DNA of 62,447 bases, filler included, from an uncultured Methanosarcinales archaeon (GTDB lineage Archaea; Nanobdellota; Nanobdellia; Woesearchaeales; CAYSVS01): NCBI GenBank assembly GCA_964434475.1. It is 3 parts of 3 records of this genome, joined end to end, with 100 filler letters (N's around TTAATTAATTAA, not from the genome) between each part and the next. Parts side by side here need not be neighbours in the genome. Positions count along the whole stretch, not along the records: positions 1 to 22,819 come from CAYSVS010000001.1; 2 more parts are not named here. One strand, 5' to 3'. Positions 1 to 9,406 of this stretch are shown here, piece after piece. Made by a program: the position numbers and the translations under genes. Below the pieces are notes generated by a model. The model did not search any database. It had not been told where the DNA came from and was given only the letters and a program-made list of their open reading frames with translations. Within the stretch, counting starts at the first letter, position 1. Each line of letters opens with the position of its first letter.

Positions 1-47
1 TGCAAAATTAATAAATATAGAAATTGCAAGAATTTTCAAATCGTACA
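1..47. repeat. 47-bp sequence, exact inverted copy of 62394-62440
   Basis: TGCAAAATTAATAAATATAGAAATTGCAAGAATTTTCAAATCGTACA is the reverse complement of 62394-62440. Confidence 0.95.
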
Positions 48-88
48 GTTTTTCTTTAAAATCAAAATAATTATAAACTAAAACCATA

Positions 89-1243
89 ATGTCTTTGTCT
101 ATGCCGAAAAAAGAGGTTTATCAGGCTATAGCTACGCTGATGGGCACACTAATAGGTGCTGGTGTATTAGGCATACCTTTTGTTGTAGCTGAAGCAGGTT
201 TTCTGACAGGTGTTGCAATAATATTGCTTTTGGGTTTTGCTTTGATGCTTGTCAACTTTGCTGTTGGAGAGATTACTTTAAGAACCAATGGTAATCATCA
301 GTTAGCAGGATATGCTGGCATATATCTCGGAAAAAAAGGTAAATTCACGATGCTTATTGCTATGTTTCTTGTGAATTACGGTGCATTGATTGCTTATATT
401 GTCGGTGTAGGACAAAGCTTGTTTGCTATGACAGGCATATTAAATCCTCTTGTGTTTAGTTTTCTTTATTGGATTATAGTAAGTATGATTGTTTATATAG
501 GGCTAAAAGCTATCAAGGAATCTGAACTTGATTTTGGTCTGCTGATGCTTGCGATAATCTTGATTATCTGTTCTATTGCTTTATTATCTTCTCACTTTAG
601 TATTTCTAATCTCGGCAGTTTTGATATGACGAATGTATTCATTCCTTATGGTGTTGTATTATTTTCTTTTTTAGGAAGTACTGCAGTGCCTGAACTTAAA
701 GAGATACTTACTTCAGATAGAAAATATATGCAAAAAGCGATATTTTATGGGACCTTTATACCTATGGTGCTTTACATTATTTTTGCATTTGCTGTTGTCG
801 GTGTTTTAGGAAGTAGTACAACAAGCATAGCAACAATAGGTTTAGGAGAGTTGTATGGTAATTACATGGTCATCATAGCAAATATTTTTGCAGTCTTTGC
901 TATGACTACTAGTTTGTTAGCTTTAGGATTAGCGCTGAAAGAAGTGTATAATTATGATCTTCAGTTAGATAAAAATATTTCTTGGGTTTTGACAATGTTT
1001 ATACCTATGATTATAATATTTTTAGGTGTGAAAAATTTTATACATACTATTGATTTTGTTGGAAGTATAGCAGGAGGTATACAAGGTATATTGCTAATCC
1101 TTGTCTTTTGGAAAGCAGTCAAATATGGGGAAAGGGAACCAGAATATAAGATAGGAAAGCTTAAGTTTTTTGGATGGCTTTTGATGCTTGTTTTTGCGTT
1201 AGGAATTCTGTATCAGATTTTGCATAGGCTTGGATTGATGTAG
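89..1243 (+). CDS. Aromatic amino acid (TyrP/Mtr-like) / amino acid permease; true start may be 101
   Basis: About 11 hydrophobic segments; N-terminal GTLIGAGVLGIPF motif; PYGVVLFSF and TTSLLALG segments typical of the family. Confidence 0.85.
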   Translation: MSLSMPKKEVYQAIATLMGTLIGAGVLGIPFVVAEAGFLTGVAIILLLGFALMLVNFAVGEITLRTNGNHQLAGYAGIYLGKKGKFTMLIAMFLVNYGALIAYIVGVGQSLFAMTGILNPLVFSFLYWIIVSMIVYIGLKAIKESELDFGLLMLAIILIICSIALLSSHFSISNLGSFDMTNVFIPYGVVLFSFLGSTAVPELKEILTSDRKYMQKAIFYGTFIPMVLYIIFAFAVVGVLGSSTTSIATIGLGELYGNYMVIIANIFAVFAMTTSLLALGLALKEVYNYDLQLDKNISWVLTMFIPMIIIFLGVKNFIHTIDFVGSIAGGIQGILLILVFWKAVKYGEREPEYKIGKLKFFGWLLMLVFALGILYQILHRLGLM

Positions 1244-1302
1244 TATGGATAATTTTATAAATCATTTATGGATTCTAATGAATATCTTCCTTGGAAGATC
1301 AA

Positions 1303-1325
1303 GGGGGTGTAGTATAACCTGGCTA
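1303..1325 (+). repeat. Intron-less copy of the 5' end of the adjacent tRNA-Trp
   Basis: GGGGGTGTAGTATAACCTGGCTA matches spliced tRNA GGGGATGTAGTATAA|CCTGGCTA at 22/23 positions. Confidence 0.8.
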
Positions 1326-1413
1326 TATTTTAATTGGCATTATTATATTTTTAACTAAAGTTTACAATAAATTTTTAAACCTCCTATGTTTTTTTACTTT
1401 TAAATTATCATTT

Positions 1414-1567
1414 GGGGATGTAGTATAAACTGCTTCAACATATATGTTGGACAGGTACATCCTGGCTAGAATAGTCGGCTCCAGATGTTGGAGCGATGAG
1501 GCACTATGTGCTGATGAACTACAACAGGCTAAACCGTCGGATCTGGGTTCGAATCCCAGCATCCCCA
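1414..1567 (+). tRNA. trnW: tRNA-Trp(CCA) with two introns: D-loop intron 1429-1460 (15/16) and canonical 37/38 intron about 1485-1532
   Basis: Acceptor GGGGATG/CATCCCC-A; T arm CTGGG-TTCGAAT-CCCAG; anticodon CCA 1481-1483; intron 1 forms GTAT/GTAC helix with AAA and ATC bulges; intron 2 has TGTTG/CAACA stem and C/D-box-like GATGA/CTGA. Confidence 0.9.
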
Positions 1568-1663
1568 TCATTCCCTTATTCTTTTCATATTGTGATTTTA
1601 ATGTTTTATTTTAAATAATTTTTAAGCACTTTGTTTTTGTTGTCCTTATAAAGTAGTCATAAA

Positions 1664-1680
1664 TAGAAACATTTATATAT
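1664..1680 (+). promoter_or_regulatory. Canonical archaeal BRE-TATA promoter of the secA-like gene
   Basis: TAGAAACATTTATATAT about 40 nt upstream of ATG 1719; the same pattern precedes many housekeeping genes in the window. Confidence 0.7.
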
Positions 1681-1718
1681 TAGTTATGGTTTATAGTATC
1701 TACTATATAGTGATATAA

Positions 1719-4700
1719 ATGGTTTTGAAAGATTATTTGTCCAAAACAAAGAATATTCTTACAAGCGATGTGGGAGATTTAGCTAGTTCTATAAACAAAA
1801 AATTATCTGGAAATATGTTATATAGGTTAGCTTCTGGTGTGCCTTCTGTCGCTTACAGTGGATTGAAAAATAGCGCTAAGTTATGTACAAGGTCATCTGA
1901 ATATTTTGCTGGCAAAAATGGAGGAGAATCAGGATCTGAGATAGGCAAATATGTTTCGCTGCCGTCTGCTGCAGCATCTACTATACTTGGAGCAGCAGCT
2001 TTTGGTGCGCCTGGATTGATTATGGGTGCAATTTCAGCACCAGTTGTATCTGCAGGATCTGGTTATTGTTCCAGTTTGTTGGTTGAATCTCTTAAAGAGA
2101 CAAAAAACAAAGGTATTATTTCAGGTGCAAAGAAATTGGCTAAAGGAACTTTTGCTCCTATAAAATCTATACTTGATATTCCAGGAGATTCTTTCAATTA
2201 TCTTAATGGGATAGATATTTCTAAAGATAAGGAAACGTATGGAAACTTTACAGATGTTCTTAATTGTCTTTATTTTTTTATGGAAGACCTGAGAAATTAT
2301 GGAATTAATTCTGCTCCTGCTGTTAGAGAAGTTGTTTTTGAGAATGATGTCAATTTTGAAATGTATAATGATAAGCAGGTAAAATCCTTGGAAAAAATAG
2401 TCAAAAAAGTAAAAAAAGCAAAACAGAATATTCAGCAGGAATATGATGGTTGGAAAAAGGGTAATTTATCGGACGGTCTTTCTGGTTTTGAAAATTTTGC
2501 AAAGAATAAAACACAAGAATTTAAGGATAATGTAAGAGGCAACCTTTACTCTGTACTTGAAAAATATGTTGATGTTGAAGATAGTTTGTCTGATATGGAT
2601 AAATTATTTTTTGATGAATTAAATTCTGATGCTAGATATGATGTTATTAAGAAATTGTTCAAAAGACAATTTGATGATAACAGCAAAGAATACAAACAGT
2701 TTGTTAAGAAAAAAGATAATATTCTTGAACAAATACTTCCTGATGCTTATGCGCTTGTCCAGATGAGTGCTAAAGAAGCAATAGGTCTAGAGCATTATGA
2801 TGAACAGATTTTAGCAGGTATATCGCAAAATCAAGGTAAGATTATAAAGATGAGGACAGGGGAAGGCAAGACATTGACATCTGCTTTGCCTATATACCTT
2901 AATGCTTTAGCAGGCCAGTCACATTGGGTAACAAGGAACGAGTATGATTCTCAGAGGGATTTTGATAATTTTAGCAAATTATTTGATTATCTAGGATTAA
3001 GATCGTCTTTGAACAGAGAAGATATAGATAATAAAGAACGTAAAAGAATATTTGCAGACAGTGATGTTATATTCAGCGATATATCTTCTGTAGCTTTCAC
3101 TTATCTTAGGAATACTTTGGCTAAAGATATAACTGATATTGTGAATATGGATTTTAATTATGCTAATGTTGATGAGTTTGATCAAATAACCATAGACAAT
3201 GGTCTTACACCTTTTGTCATAGACAATGGAAATAAAAGCTTTATGTCTGATATGTCTGCTAAGATTGGAGAGATATGTCAATATTTATATGATACTGACA
3301 TGAAAAAAGGATATGCTAACACATTAGATTTTGATATAGTTGATTTTTTTGATAGGTATGGACCTCAAAATATGGTCGCTCAGACTTTGAGTTTGATAAA
3401 TCATGTTAAATTGAATCCTGAAAATTCTGAAATTGAAATGTATGTTGCAAATCTTTTAGGGCAATCAAAAAGAGATTTAAAATATTTTAATAAAGATGAT
3501 TATGCTCTAAATAAAAGCGTAAGGGAAGGCATAAACGAGCTTATACTTTTCTATTCTAAACACGCAGATGATCCTATAAGCAATCAGATAGTAAAACTGT
3601 TGGGCGATAATGGAACAGATTACAACCTAATAGATTTTGAGCATAATTTTAGTGAAACTGCTTTAGAAGATTTTATTGGTTTTTTCAATAAGAAAACTGA
3701 ATCAGAATTGTCTGTTAAAGATTACAATACTGACTTAAACCTGAAGAATGATCTTAATGTTTATTTTTTAGAAAACATTAAAGGTATTTTAGAAAATGTA
3801 TATAGCTTAGGAAAAAAAGACATACGATCTGTTATCGGAAATCTTGGTTTTGCCATGCAAGGTGGAGATTTTATCTCAGATAAAGCTAATAATTATGTTA
3901 TGTTGACTGAAATTGGTACAGATAAGATTCAGTCTTGTATAAATGAATTTTTCGAATCTGCTAACCTACCCAGCTTTATCCCTAAAGCCTATTTTTTACA
4001 GAAGATGGATCTTGCATTAAGAGTAAATGAACTGATGGAGGATACTTATGGAATAATAGAAGACAGTGAAGGGATTCCTAAGATAAGGATATATGATTCT
4101 GTTCAGGGAGAGTTTAAACACGACAACCAAAAATATTCAGAAGGTATGAACCAGGCTTTAGAAGCTAAAGTTTTTGGAAGAGTATTGAACAAAGAAACAG
4201 AACCTGCTACTAAGATTATGGTTCATTATTTGTTAGGATTATATGACAAGTTTTCAGGCCAGACAGGAACACCTTCAAATAAAGCGTCATATCAGATTTT
4301 TAATAAAGAAACTGTTGATGTTCCTACTCATTTTCCTGATATTAGAGTACATCATCCTGAGAAACTATATGCCACTAAAAATGAAAAGATAGATAATATA
4401 ATAGAGAAAGTCAAAGAGACTAATCTTGACAGTAATCCTTGTCTTATAATTTGTGAATCCGATAAATTATCTTTAGAAATTTACAATAGAATAAAAGATA
4501 TGGATGGTGTTGATAAGGATAAATTAAATCTATTTACTGACTTTAAAGCTCAAAATTCAGACGATCCTTATGGATATAAGAAGAATATTGTGAAAAAAGC
4601 AGGTATGGCTAAAGAGATTACCGTAGCAACAAATATGGGTGGAAGGGCTATAGATATACCTGTTGACAATAGTGCTTATGCTGACTCTGTAATAGACAAT

Positions 4701-6995
4701 ATAGTTAGACAGTCTATTGGCAGCTATAATGAAGGAACTTCTGTTTTTTTGAGAACAAGCGATTCTGTATTGGTTGATGAGAATAGGTGTACTGTAAAGA
4801 AAAAAGGCTTGGTGCAATACGACAATCTTATTTTTAATAAGTCTTCACAGAATTTAGAGACCAGTTTAACAGACGAAAATCTTGATTTTTTTGCGTCTTT
4901 TTTTAATGATCATGAAGAAAAAGGCAGAGGTTATATTATCGCAAAAAGATCAGGTCAGAAATTAGATGTTGAAACTCTGGATAAAGAGGAGCACAATTTT
5001 TTATTGGATAATATTTTATCAGCGATAAACTTATCCTGTAATAAGAAGGGTCTTGCTGTTATAGACTCTTATTCTGAGATTGATAACAGCGGAAGGATTG
5101 TAATATATGAAAAAGGACAGCCTTTAGAGTTTGTTGCGAATTCTAAAAAAGATATGAAAAAAGCAGAGAAGAAAATCAAGAGATTGGTAGGAAAGGAGAA
5201 TGTTATATCTTACTACAATCCTTATCTTACTAATGGATATGTTTATGCTTATCCTGATAGATGTAATGTGAATCTTCCTGTAATAGGTTCTAAAGACTGT
5301 ACTGATGTTTTAAATAGTATAAGCGGTAAGATGTTAAATGAAAACCTTGAATATTTCGATATATTGGAGTCATATAAGATATCCAATGATCTGAAGACAT
5401 CAGATTCAAGCACTTTTAGTAAAGACATAACACCTGGTTTGACAGTTATACATGGAGAAAAACAAAAATTTGAGCGTGCTGAACAGCAAGCTATCGGAAG
5501 GACTGGAAGACAAGGGCAACAGGGAAGCACATATTATTTTTCTTCTTTGGATGATTCTTTGTTGGATTTTATAAATAAGGACTCTTCTCAGAAAATATTA
5601 TCATGTCAAAAAGCTTTATCAGGTCATACTTATGGAAAAGAGTTGAACAAGGTTTTCTTTGGTCAGAGAAAAGGAGACAATTTTAATTATTTGGCTAATT
5701 TTAGAGAACAGATGGAGTCCAAGAATCTTGCAAATCTTATATCTGAAGTAAAGCTTGAAAATTATCTTGAAGGCGATAGGAAAAGGGTTTTTGAAATAAG
5801 AAATGATATACTTAGAAGTGATGATAAGGAATTAAGCGAAAGGATATCGGAAAATGCTGATCATTTTATAGATAGATTATATGGTTCTTTTGGAATATCT
5901 CATGATTCTAAACATAAGGATCTGTTGGATTTGGATGATTATCTTCAGAGTTATGGGGTTGATATAGATTTTAGTGATGCTCAAAGTATGAGGGATAATT
6001 TGAGATCTGCATTAGTGCCTTCTGAACAATCCAACCTGAAGCAGAGGGTGTTGAATATTATAGATTTTTATTGGAGAAATCATATGGGGAATATGAATCA
6101 AATAAAGCATCAAATATCTTCAGCAAAAGACTATGGGAAAACAAGTGCTCCTGTTTCAGGGTTGTTGTTTGATAGGATTGAAGATAAAGTCCTTGAGGAT
6201 TATTTCAAGATTGATCTGCCTAAATCTTATTTGGATAATTATGATAAAGCCTTGGCTAAAAAAGGACTTATCATGAATCACAAAAATATGGAAGAAAGAA
6301 ACATTTTAGAGAATATAGTTATGAACAGGATAAGAAGAAGATTTGCTAAAGATGATGCTTCTTTAGTGCAGGTAATGGTCGATAAGAAAAGTTTTGATAG
6401 AGAAGAGTATATGAGAGCTGATAAGGATTTTATAGGTGATGTTCTGGCTAATATGAACATATTTGATAAATCTAAATATTTTATCAATAAACTATCTTTG
6501 GGTATGTTGTTTCCTAGTTCAGGATTAGATGCTTTTGCTGATACTTATTATAATAAGAGGTTAAAGTTTATGAGGCTTCCTTTGAATAAAGAATCTGAAA
6601 AGGATGAATTGTTTGAGCAGATAGAAGCTGCTTATTATCCTAAAAAGATAGTAAGCGTCGATGAAATTATGTGTAGAGATAAAAAGTTTGCCGATAGTTT
6701 GTCTTTAAGAGATAAATTTAGCTTATTTGGTAATGGTGAAAGATCAAATAAGATAAGACAGGATTTTGTTGACAAAAGTCTGAGAAATAACAAGTATGTT
6801 CGGGAAGTGTTTAATATTGAAGACTGTGCTGATCATGTGCTTGAAACAAAAGGCATGAGATCTGAGCTTGAATTGTTTATGAAGTTGTTTGATAAAAATT
6901 CAGGTAAATTCACAGATGATGATCTGGATAAGTTCAAGATACTTCAGCCAGATGATATTGAACAGATAAAAAATGATCTTGTTTTTATCGGTTAG
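1719..6995 (+). CDS. secA: Divergent, enlarged SecA-family translocase ATPase (1758 aa)
   Basis: HYDEQ, MRTGEGKT (Walker A), VDEFDQITID (Walker B), YSEGMNQALEAK, SGQTGT, VATNMGGRAIDI, QAIGRTGRQG-YYFSSLDD, scaffold helix and IDFYWRNHM all in SecA order. Confidence 0.92.
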   Translation: MVLKDYLSKTKNILTSDVGDLASSINKKLSGNMLYRLASGVPSVAYSGLKNSAKLCTRSSEYFAGKNGGESGSEIGKYVSLPSAAASTILGAAAFGAPGLIMGAISAPVVSAGSGYCSSLLVESLKETKNKGIISGAKKLAKGTFAPIKSILDIPGDSFNYLNGIDISKDKETYGNFTDVLNCLYFFMEDLRNYGINSAPAVREVVFENDVNFEMYNDKQVKSLEKIVKKVKKAKQNIQQEYDGWKKGNLSDGLSGFENFAKNKTQEFKDNVRGNLYSVLEKYVDVEDSLSDMDKLFFDELNSDARYDVIKKLFKRQFDDNSKEYKQFVKKKDNILEQILPDAYALVQMSAKEAIGLEHYDEQILAGISQNQGKIIKMRTGEGKTLTSALPIYLNALAGQSHWVTRNEYDSQRDFDNFSKLFDYLGLRSSLNREDIDNKERKRIFADSDVIFSDISSVAFTYLRNTLAKDITDIVNMDFNYANVDEFDQITIDNGLTPFVIDNGNKSFMSDMSAKIGEICQYLYDTDMKKGYANTLDFDIVDFFDRYGPQNMVAQTLSLINHVKLNPENSEIEMYVANLLGQSKRDLKYFNKDDYALNKSVREGINELILFYSKHADDPISNQIVKLLGDNGTDYNLIDFEHNFSETALEDFIGFFNKKTESELSVKDYNTDLNLKNDLNVYFLENIKGILENVYSLGKKDIRSVIGNLGFAMQGGDFISDKANNYVMLTEIGTDKIQSCINEFFESANLPSFIPKAYFLQKMDLALRVNELMEDTYGIIEDSEGIPKIRIYDSVQGEFKHDNQKYSEGMNQALEAKVFGRVLNKETEPATKIMVHYLLGLYDKFSGQTGTPSNKASYQIFNKETVDVPTHFPDIRVHHPEKLYATKNEKIDNIIEKVKETNLDSNPCLIICESDKLSLEIYNRIKDMDGVDKDKLNLFTDFKAQNSDDPYGYKKNIVKKAGMAKEITVATNMGGRAIDIPVDNSAYADSVIDNIVRQSIGSYNEGTSVFLRTSDSVLVDENRCTVKKKGLVQYDNLIFNKSSQNLETSLTDENLDFFASFFNDHEEKGRGYIIAKRSGQKLDVETLDKEEHNFLLDNILSAINLSCNKKGLAVIDSYSEIDNSGRIVIYEKGQPLEFVANSKKDMKKAEKKIKRLVGKENVISYYNPYLTNGYVYAYPDRCNVNLPVIGSKDCTDVLNSISGKMLNENLEYFDILESYKISNDLKTSDSSTFSKDITPGLTVIHGEKQKFERAEQQAIGRTGRQGQQGSTYYFSSLDDSLLDFINKDSSQKILSCQKALSGHTYGKELNKVFFGQRKGDNFNYLANFREQMESKNLANLISEVKLENYLEGDRKRVFEIRNDILRSDDKELSERISENADHFIDRLYGSFGISHDSKHKDLLDLDDYLQSYGVDIDFSDAQSMRDNLRSALVPSEQSNLKQRVLNIIDFYWRNHMGNMNQIKHQISSAKDYGKTSAPVSGLLFDRIEDKVLEDYFKIDLPKSYLDNYDKALAKKGLIMNHKNMEERNILENIVMNRIRRRFAKDDASLVQVMVDKKSFDREEYMRADKDFIGDVLANMNIFDKSKYFINKLSLGMLFPSSGLDAFADTYYNKRLKFMRLPLNKESEKDELFEQIEAAYYPKKIVSVDEIMCRDKKFADSLSLRDKFSLFGNGERSNKIRQDFVDKSLRNNKYVREVFNIEDCADHVLETKGMRSELELFMKLFDKNSGKFTDDDLDKFKILQPDDIEQIKNDLVFIG

Positions 6996-7047
6996 ATGAG
7001 AAACAAGCACAACATATTCGTACATTGTCACTGTTAAGTAAGAAATT

Positions 7048-7063
7048 CAGTAACATTTAAATA
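7048..7063 (+). promoter_or_regulatory. Variant promoter CAGTAACATTTAAATA
   Basis: TATA box TTTAAATA preceded by CAGT rather than GAAA; same spacing at 9372, 12157, 37151. Confidence 0.7.
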
Positions 7064-7106
7064 TGTCTAACATTTGACAGATACAATACTATAATATTCA
7101 CGGAGG

Positions 7107-8165
7107 ATGATTTTAATGAATCAAATTGATGGCTTAGTAAGGGATACGCTAGATAGTGTTTTGGATGATGATAAGATTGCAGAATATCTTTCCAATAAAC
7201 TGCTTACACAGATAAATAAGACGCAAAATTCAGATAATGGTATAAAAAGCATACGTGATGGAACAAAGACTATCAAAAGATTTTATGATTCATTGAATGA
7301 AGATAAAAACAGCATATTGAATGATCCTAGAACTTTAAAGAACATATTAGGTGATAATGATTATTCTCCTTTAATACAGGAAAATGGCAGTAAACAAGAA
7401 TTTGCTGCAGGAGTTAAAGACTTCTTATTGAAATATATCAAATTTGCAAATATATCTTCTTCATTGGACGAAACTTTGGATTCTAAATATGAACAGATCG
7501 GTGCTTTGGATAAGGTTAATGAAAAGCAACCTATGAAAGCAGGCTGGCTTCTGTTTAAGAATTTTGGTCTTAAAGGTTTGACGAATAAAGAAGCTTATCT
7601 TAGAACAATAGCTGATGTGATGGAAACCAAAAATCTATCTTTAGAACAAGCAAAAGATGAGATTCCTAATTTAGTTTCTCAGATAGAAAAAAACAGTAGG
7701 AAATTAGATAACAAGGAGTATACTGCAGGAACACAATCTTATAGGATGAGAGAGATAGGAGAATGGTTTGATGCAAACAAAGTTGGTCTTGCAGCAGGAG
7801 TTGCAGCGCTTGCAATTGCAGCAGGAGGTATGTTTGCTATGCCTAAGTTATTTTACTCAGATAATGCCCATGATGCAAAAGCTTATGTCATAGAAGCTGA
7901 TGCTAAATTAAAAGAAGCTAATAATCTTCTTGAAAGTGCGGATGCAATGATCGCTGAGCAGAATAAGAAGCTAGAAACTGTTAAAAAAGAAGCTTCAAAG
8001 GTTGATCTTGCTGACAAATACCTGTCGCAATTTACTGGTATGCCTTATGCACCTGCTCATGATGAACTAGGAGAAGTAAGAACTAAGTTTGGTTTTAATT
8101 CTTCTGAATATAATGCAGCTGCAGAAGCTTTTGAAGATGCCTTTGGAATAAAACCTAATTTTTAA
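7107..8165 (+). CDS. Hypothetical membrane protein with one Gly/Ala-rich TM helix followed by coiled coil
   Basis: 352-aa ORF, SD GGAGG; VGLAAGVAALAIAAGGMFAM segment; heptad-like EADAKLKEANNLLESADAM. Confidence 0.8.
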   Translation: MILMNQIDGLVRDTLDSVLDDDKIAEYLSNKLLTQINKTQNSDNGIKSIRDGTKTIKRFYDSLNEDKNSILNDPRTLKNILGDNDYSPLIQENGSKQEFAAGVKDFLLKYIKFANISSSLDETLDSKYEQIGALDKVNEKQPMKAGWLLFKNFGLKGLTNKEAYLRTIADVMETKNLSLEQAKDEIPNLVSQIEKNSRKLDNKEYTAGTQSYRMREIGEWFDANKVGLAAGVAALAIAAGGMFAMPKLFYSDNAHDAKAYVIEADAKLKEANNLLESADAMIAEQNKKLETVKKEASKVDLADKYLSQFTGMPYAPAHDELGEVRTKFGFNSSEYNAAAEAFEDAFGIKPNF

Positions 8166-8176
8166 GGTGATCTGAT

Positions 8177-9361
8177 TTGTCTGGAAATAAAGAGGACAAT
8201 TTTTTATTTGATCCATTAGAGGAGAAAGTAACTAAGGAAGCTAAAAAGAAACGGTATCAAAACATAAAAAATGTTCTTAAATATTCTGCAGTAAGTTTTT
8301 TAGTAGGTGCTTCTCTTTGTTTCGGCTACCGTAATATGGATAATATCAAGTCTTTTTTGTCTGGTTCTGGAAAAGATGTTTTTGAGATAAAGAACAAGCA
8401 GCTGAAAAAAGTACGTAAACTTGAGCAGCTTTCTGAAAAAGATTTTAAGAAATATATTTCTCTCCATGAAAGATCCATAGATACTACTTTTTTCAGAGAT
8501 AATGATTTTATTGCAAAAGATAATAAATTAAGGGTTGTAGTAAATGCCGGCCATTTAGGAGGAAGATTTAGAGACGGAAGAAAATTTAATGAGGGTGCGG
8601 TTTATAAAGGTCTGGGGGAGACTGATTTAACTCCTGTTGCTGCGAAAATAATATGCCAGGAACTTGAAAAAAATTCTTCTTTCAAGCCTAAACTTATGAA
8701 ATCGCATGATTATAACACTCTTTTGAACTATGCTCCCTGGATATTAAATAGATTTAAGGTGACCTGGGGAGAGTCTTTGTATCCTGATGAGTATGATATA
8801 AACAGTCCTTATTTGTCTGATTTCTTAGATTGTATCGACGGAAATACGCGAAAAGCGAAATATAAGTCTGTAAGATCAGGAATTATATTTTCGCTTGGAA
8901 AAAAGGAAAGTAAAGGTCGAACTATTCAGAATAGTGCAGGCCATATATTTATTGAAACGCATTATGACTCTATGAATGGACGAAGATTCAAGGTTTATGT
9001 TCCAAGGGAATATGAGTGTGGAGATTATGGTTATGCAAGTTTCAAGAACAGGCAGCTCGAACTTTCAAAGAAACTGGCTTTGTATATTACAGAGGAAGCA
9101 TATAATCAAGGTATAGAAAGCGCTAAGCCAGGAGTTATAGGAAGGGATGATTCTATACAGATGATATTCAATCCTTTGCCTGTGTCTGTGTTGGTGGAAT
9201 ACGACAATATAGATGAAAGAAATTCAACAAATGCTGTATATATGACTAAAGTTGCTAAAGCAGTTAATATGGCTTTAGATAGGTTTGCCAGAGAAGAGTA
9301 TGATCAATTGATCAGGTACCCTGTGTCTGATAGCGGCTTGTTGGCAAGTAATCACTATTAA
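8177..9361 (+). CDS. Membrane-anchored N-acetylmuramoyl-L-alanine amidase (Amidase_3 family)
   Basis: TTG start with GGTGA SD; N-terminal TM; VVVNAGHLGG (His), LGETDL (Glu), IFIETHYDS (His), PVSVLVEYDNI (catalytic Glu). Confidence 0.85.
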   Translation: MSGNKEDNFLFDPLEEKVTKEAKKKRYQNIKNVLKYSAVSFLVGASLCFGYRNMDNIKSFLSGSGKDVFEIKNKQLKKVRKLEQLSEKDFKKYISLHERSIDTTFFRDNDFIAKDNKLRVVVNAGHLGGRFRDGRKFNEGAVYKGLGETDLTPVAAKIICQELEKNSSFKPKLMKSHDYNTLLNYAPWILNRFKVTWGESLYPDEYDINSPYLSDFLDCIDGNTRKAKYKSVRSGIIFSLGKKESKGRTIQNSAGHIFIETHYDSMNGRRFKVYVPREYECGDYGYASFKNRQLELSKKLALYITEEAYNQGIESAKPGVIGRDDSIQMIFNPLPVSVLVEYDNIDERNSTNAVYMTKVAKAVNMALDRFAREEYDQLIRYPVSDSGLLASNHY

Positions 9362-9371
9362 ATGACTAAAT

Positions 9372-9387
9372 CAGTTATATTTAAATA
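9372..9387 (+). promoter_or_regulatory. Variant promoter CAGTTATATTTAAATA
   Basis: About 20 nt upstream of ATG 9407; matches shared motif. Confidence 0.7.
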
Positions 9388-9406
9388 AGTCTAGAATTTA
9401 ACAAAG

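Noticed and set aside
1362..1571. 69-aa minus-strand ORF
   Set aside because: Antisense shadow of tRNA-Trp
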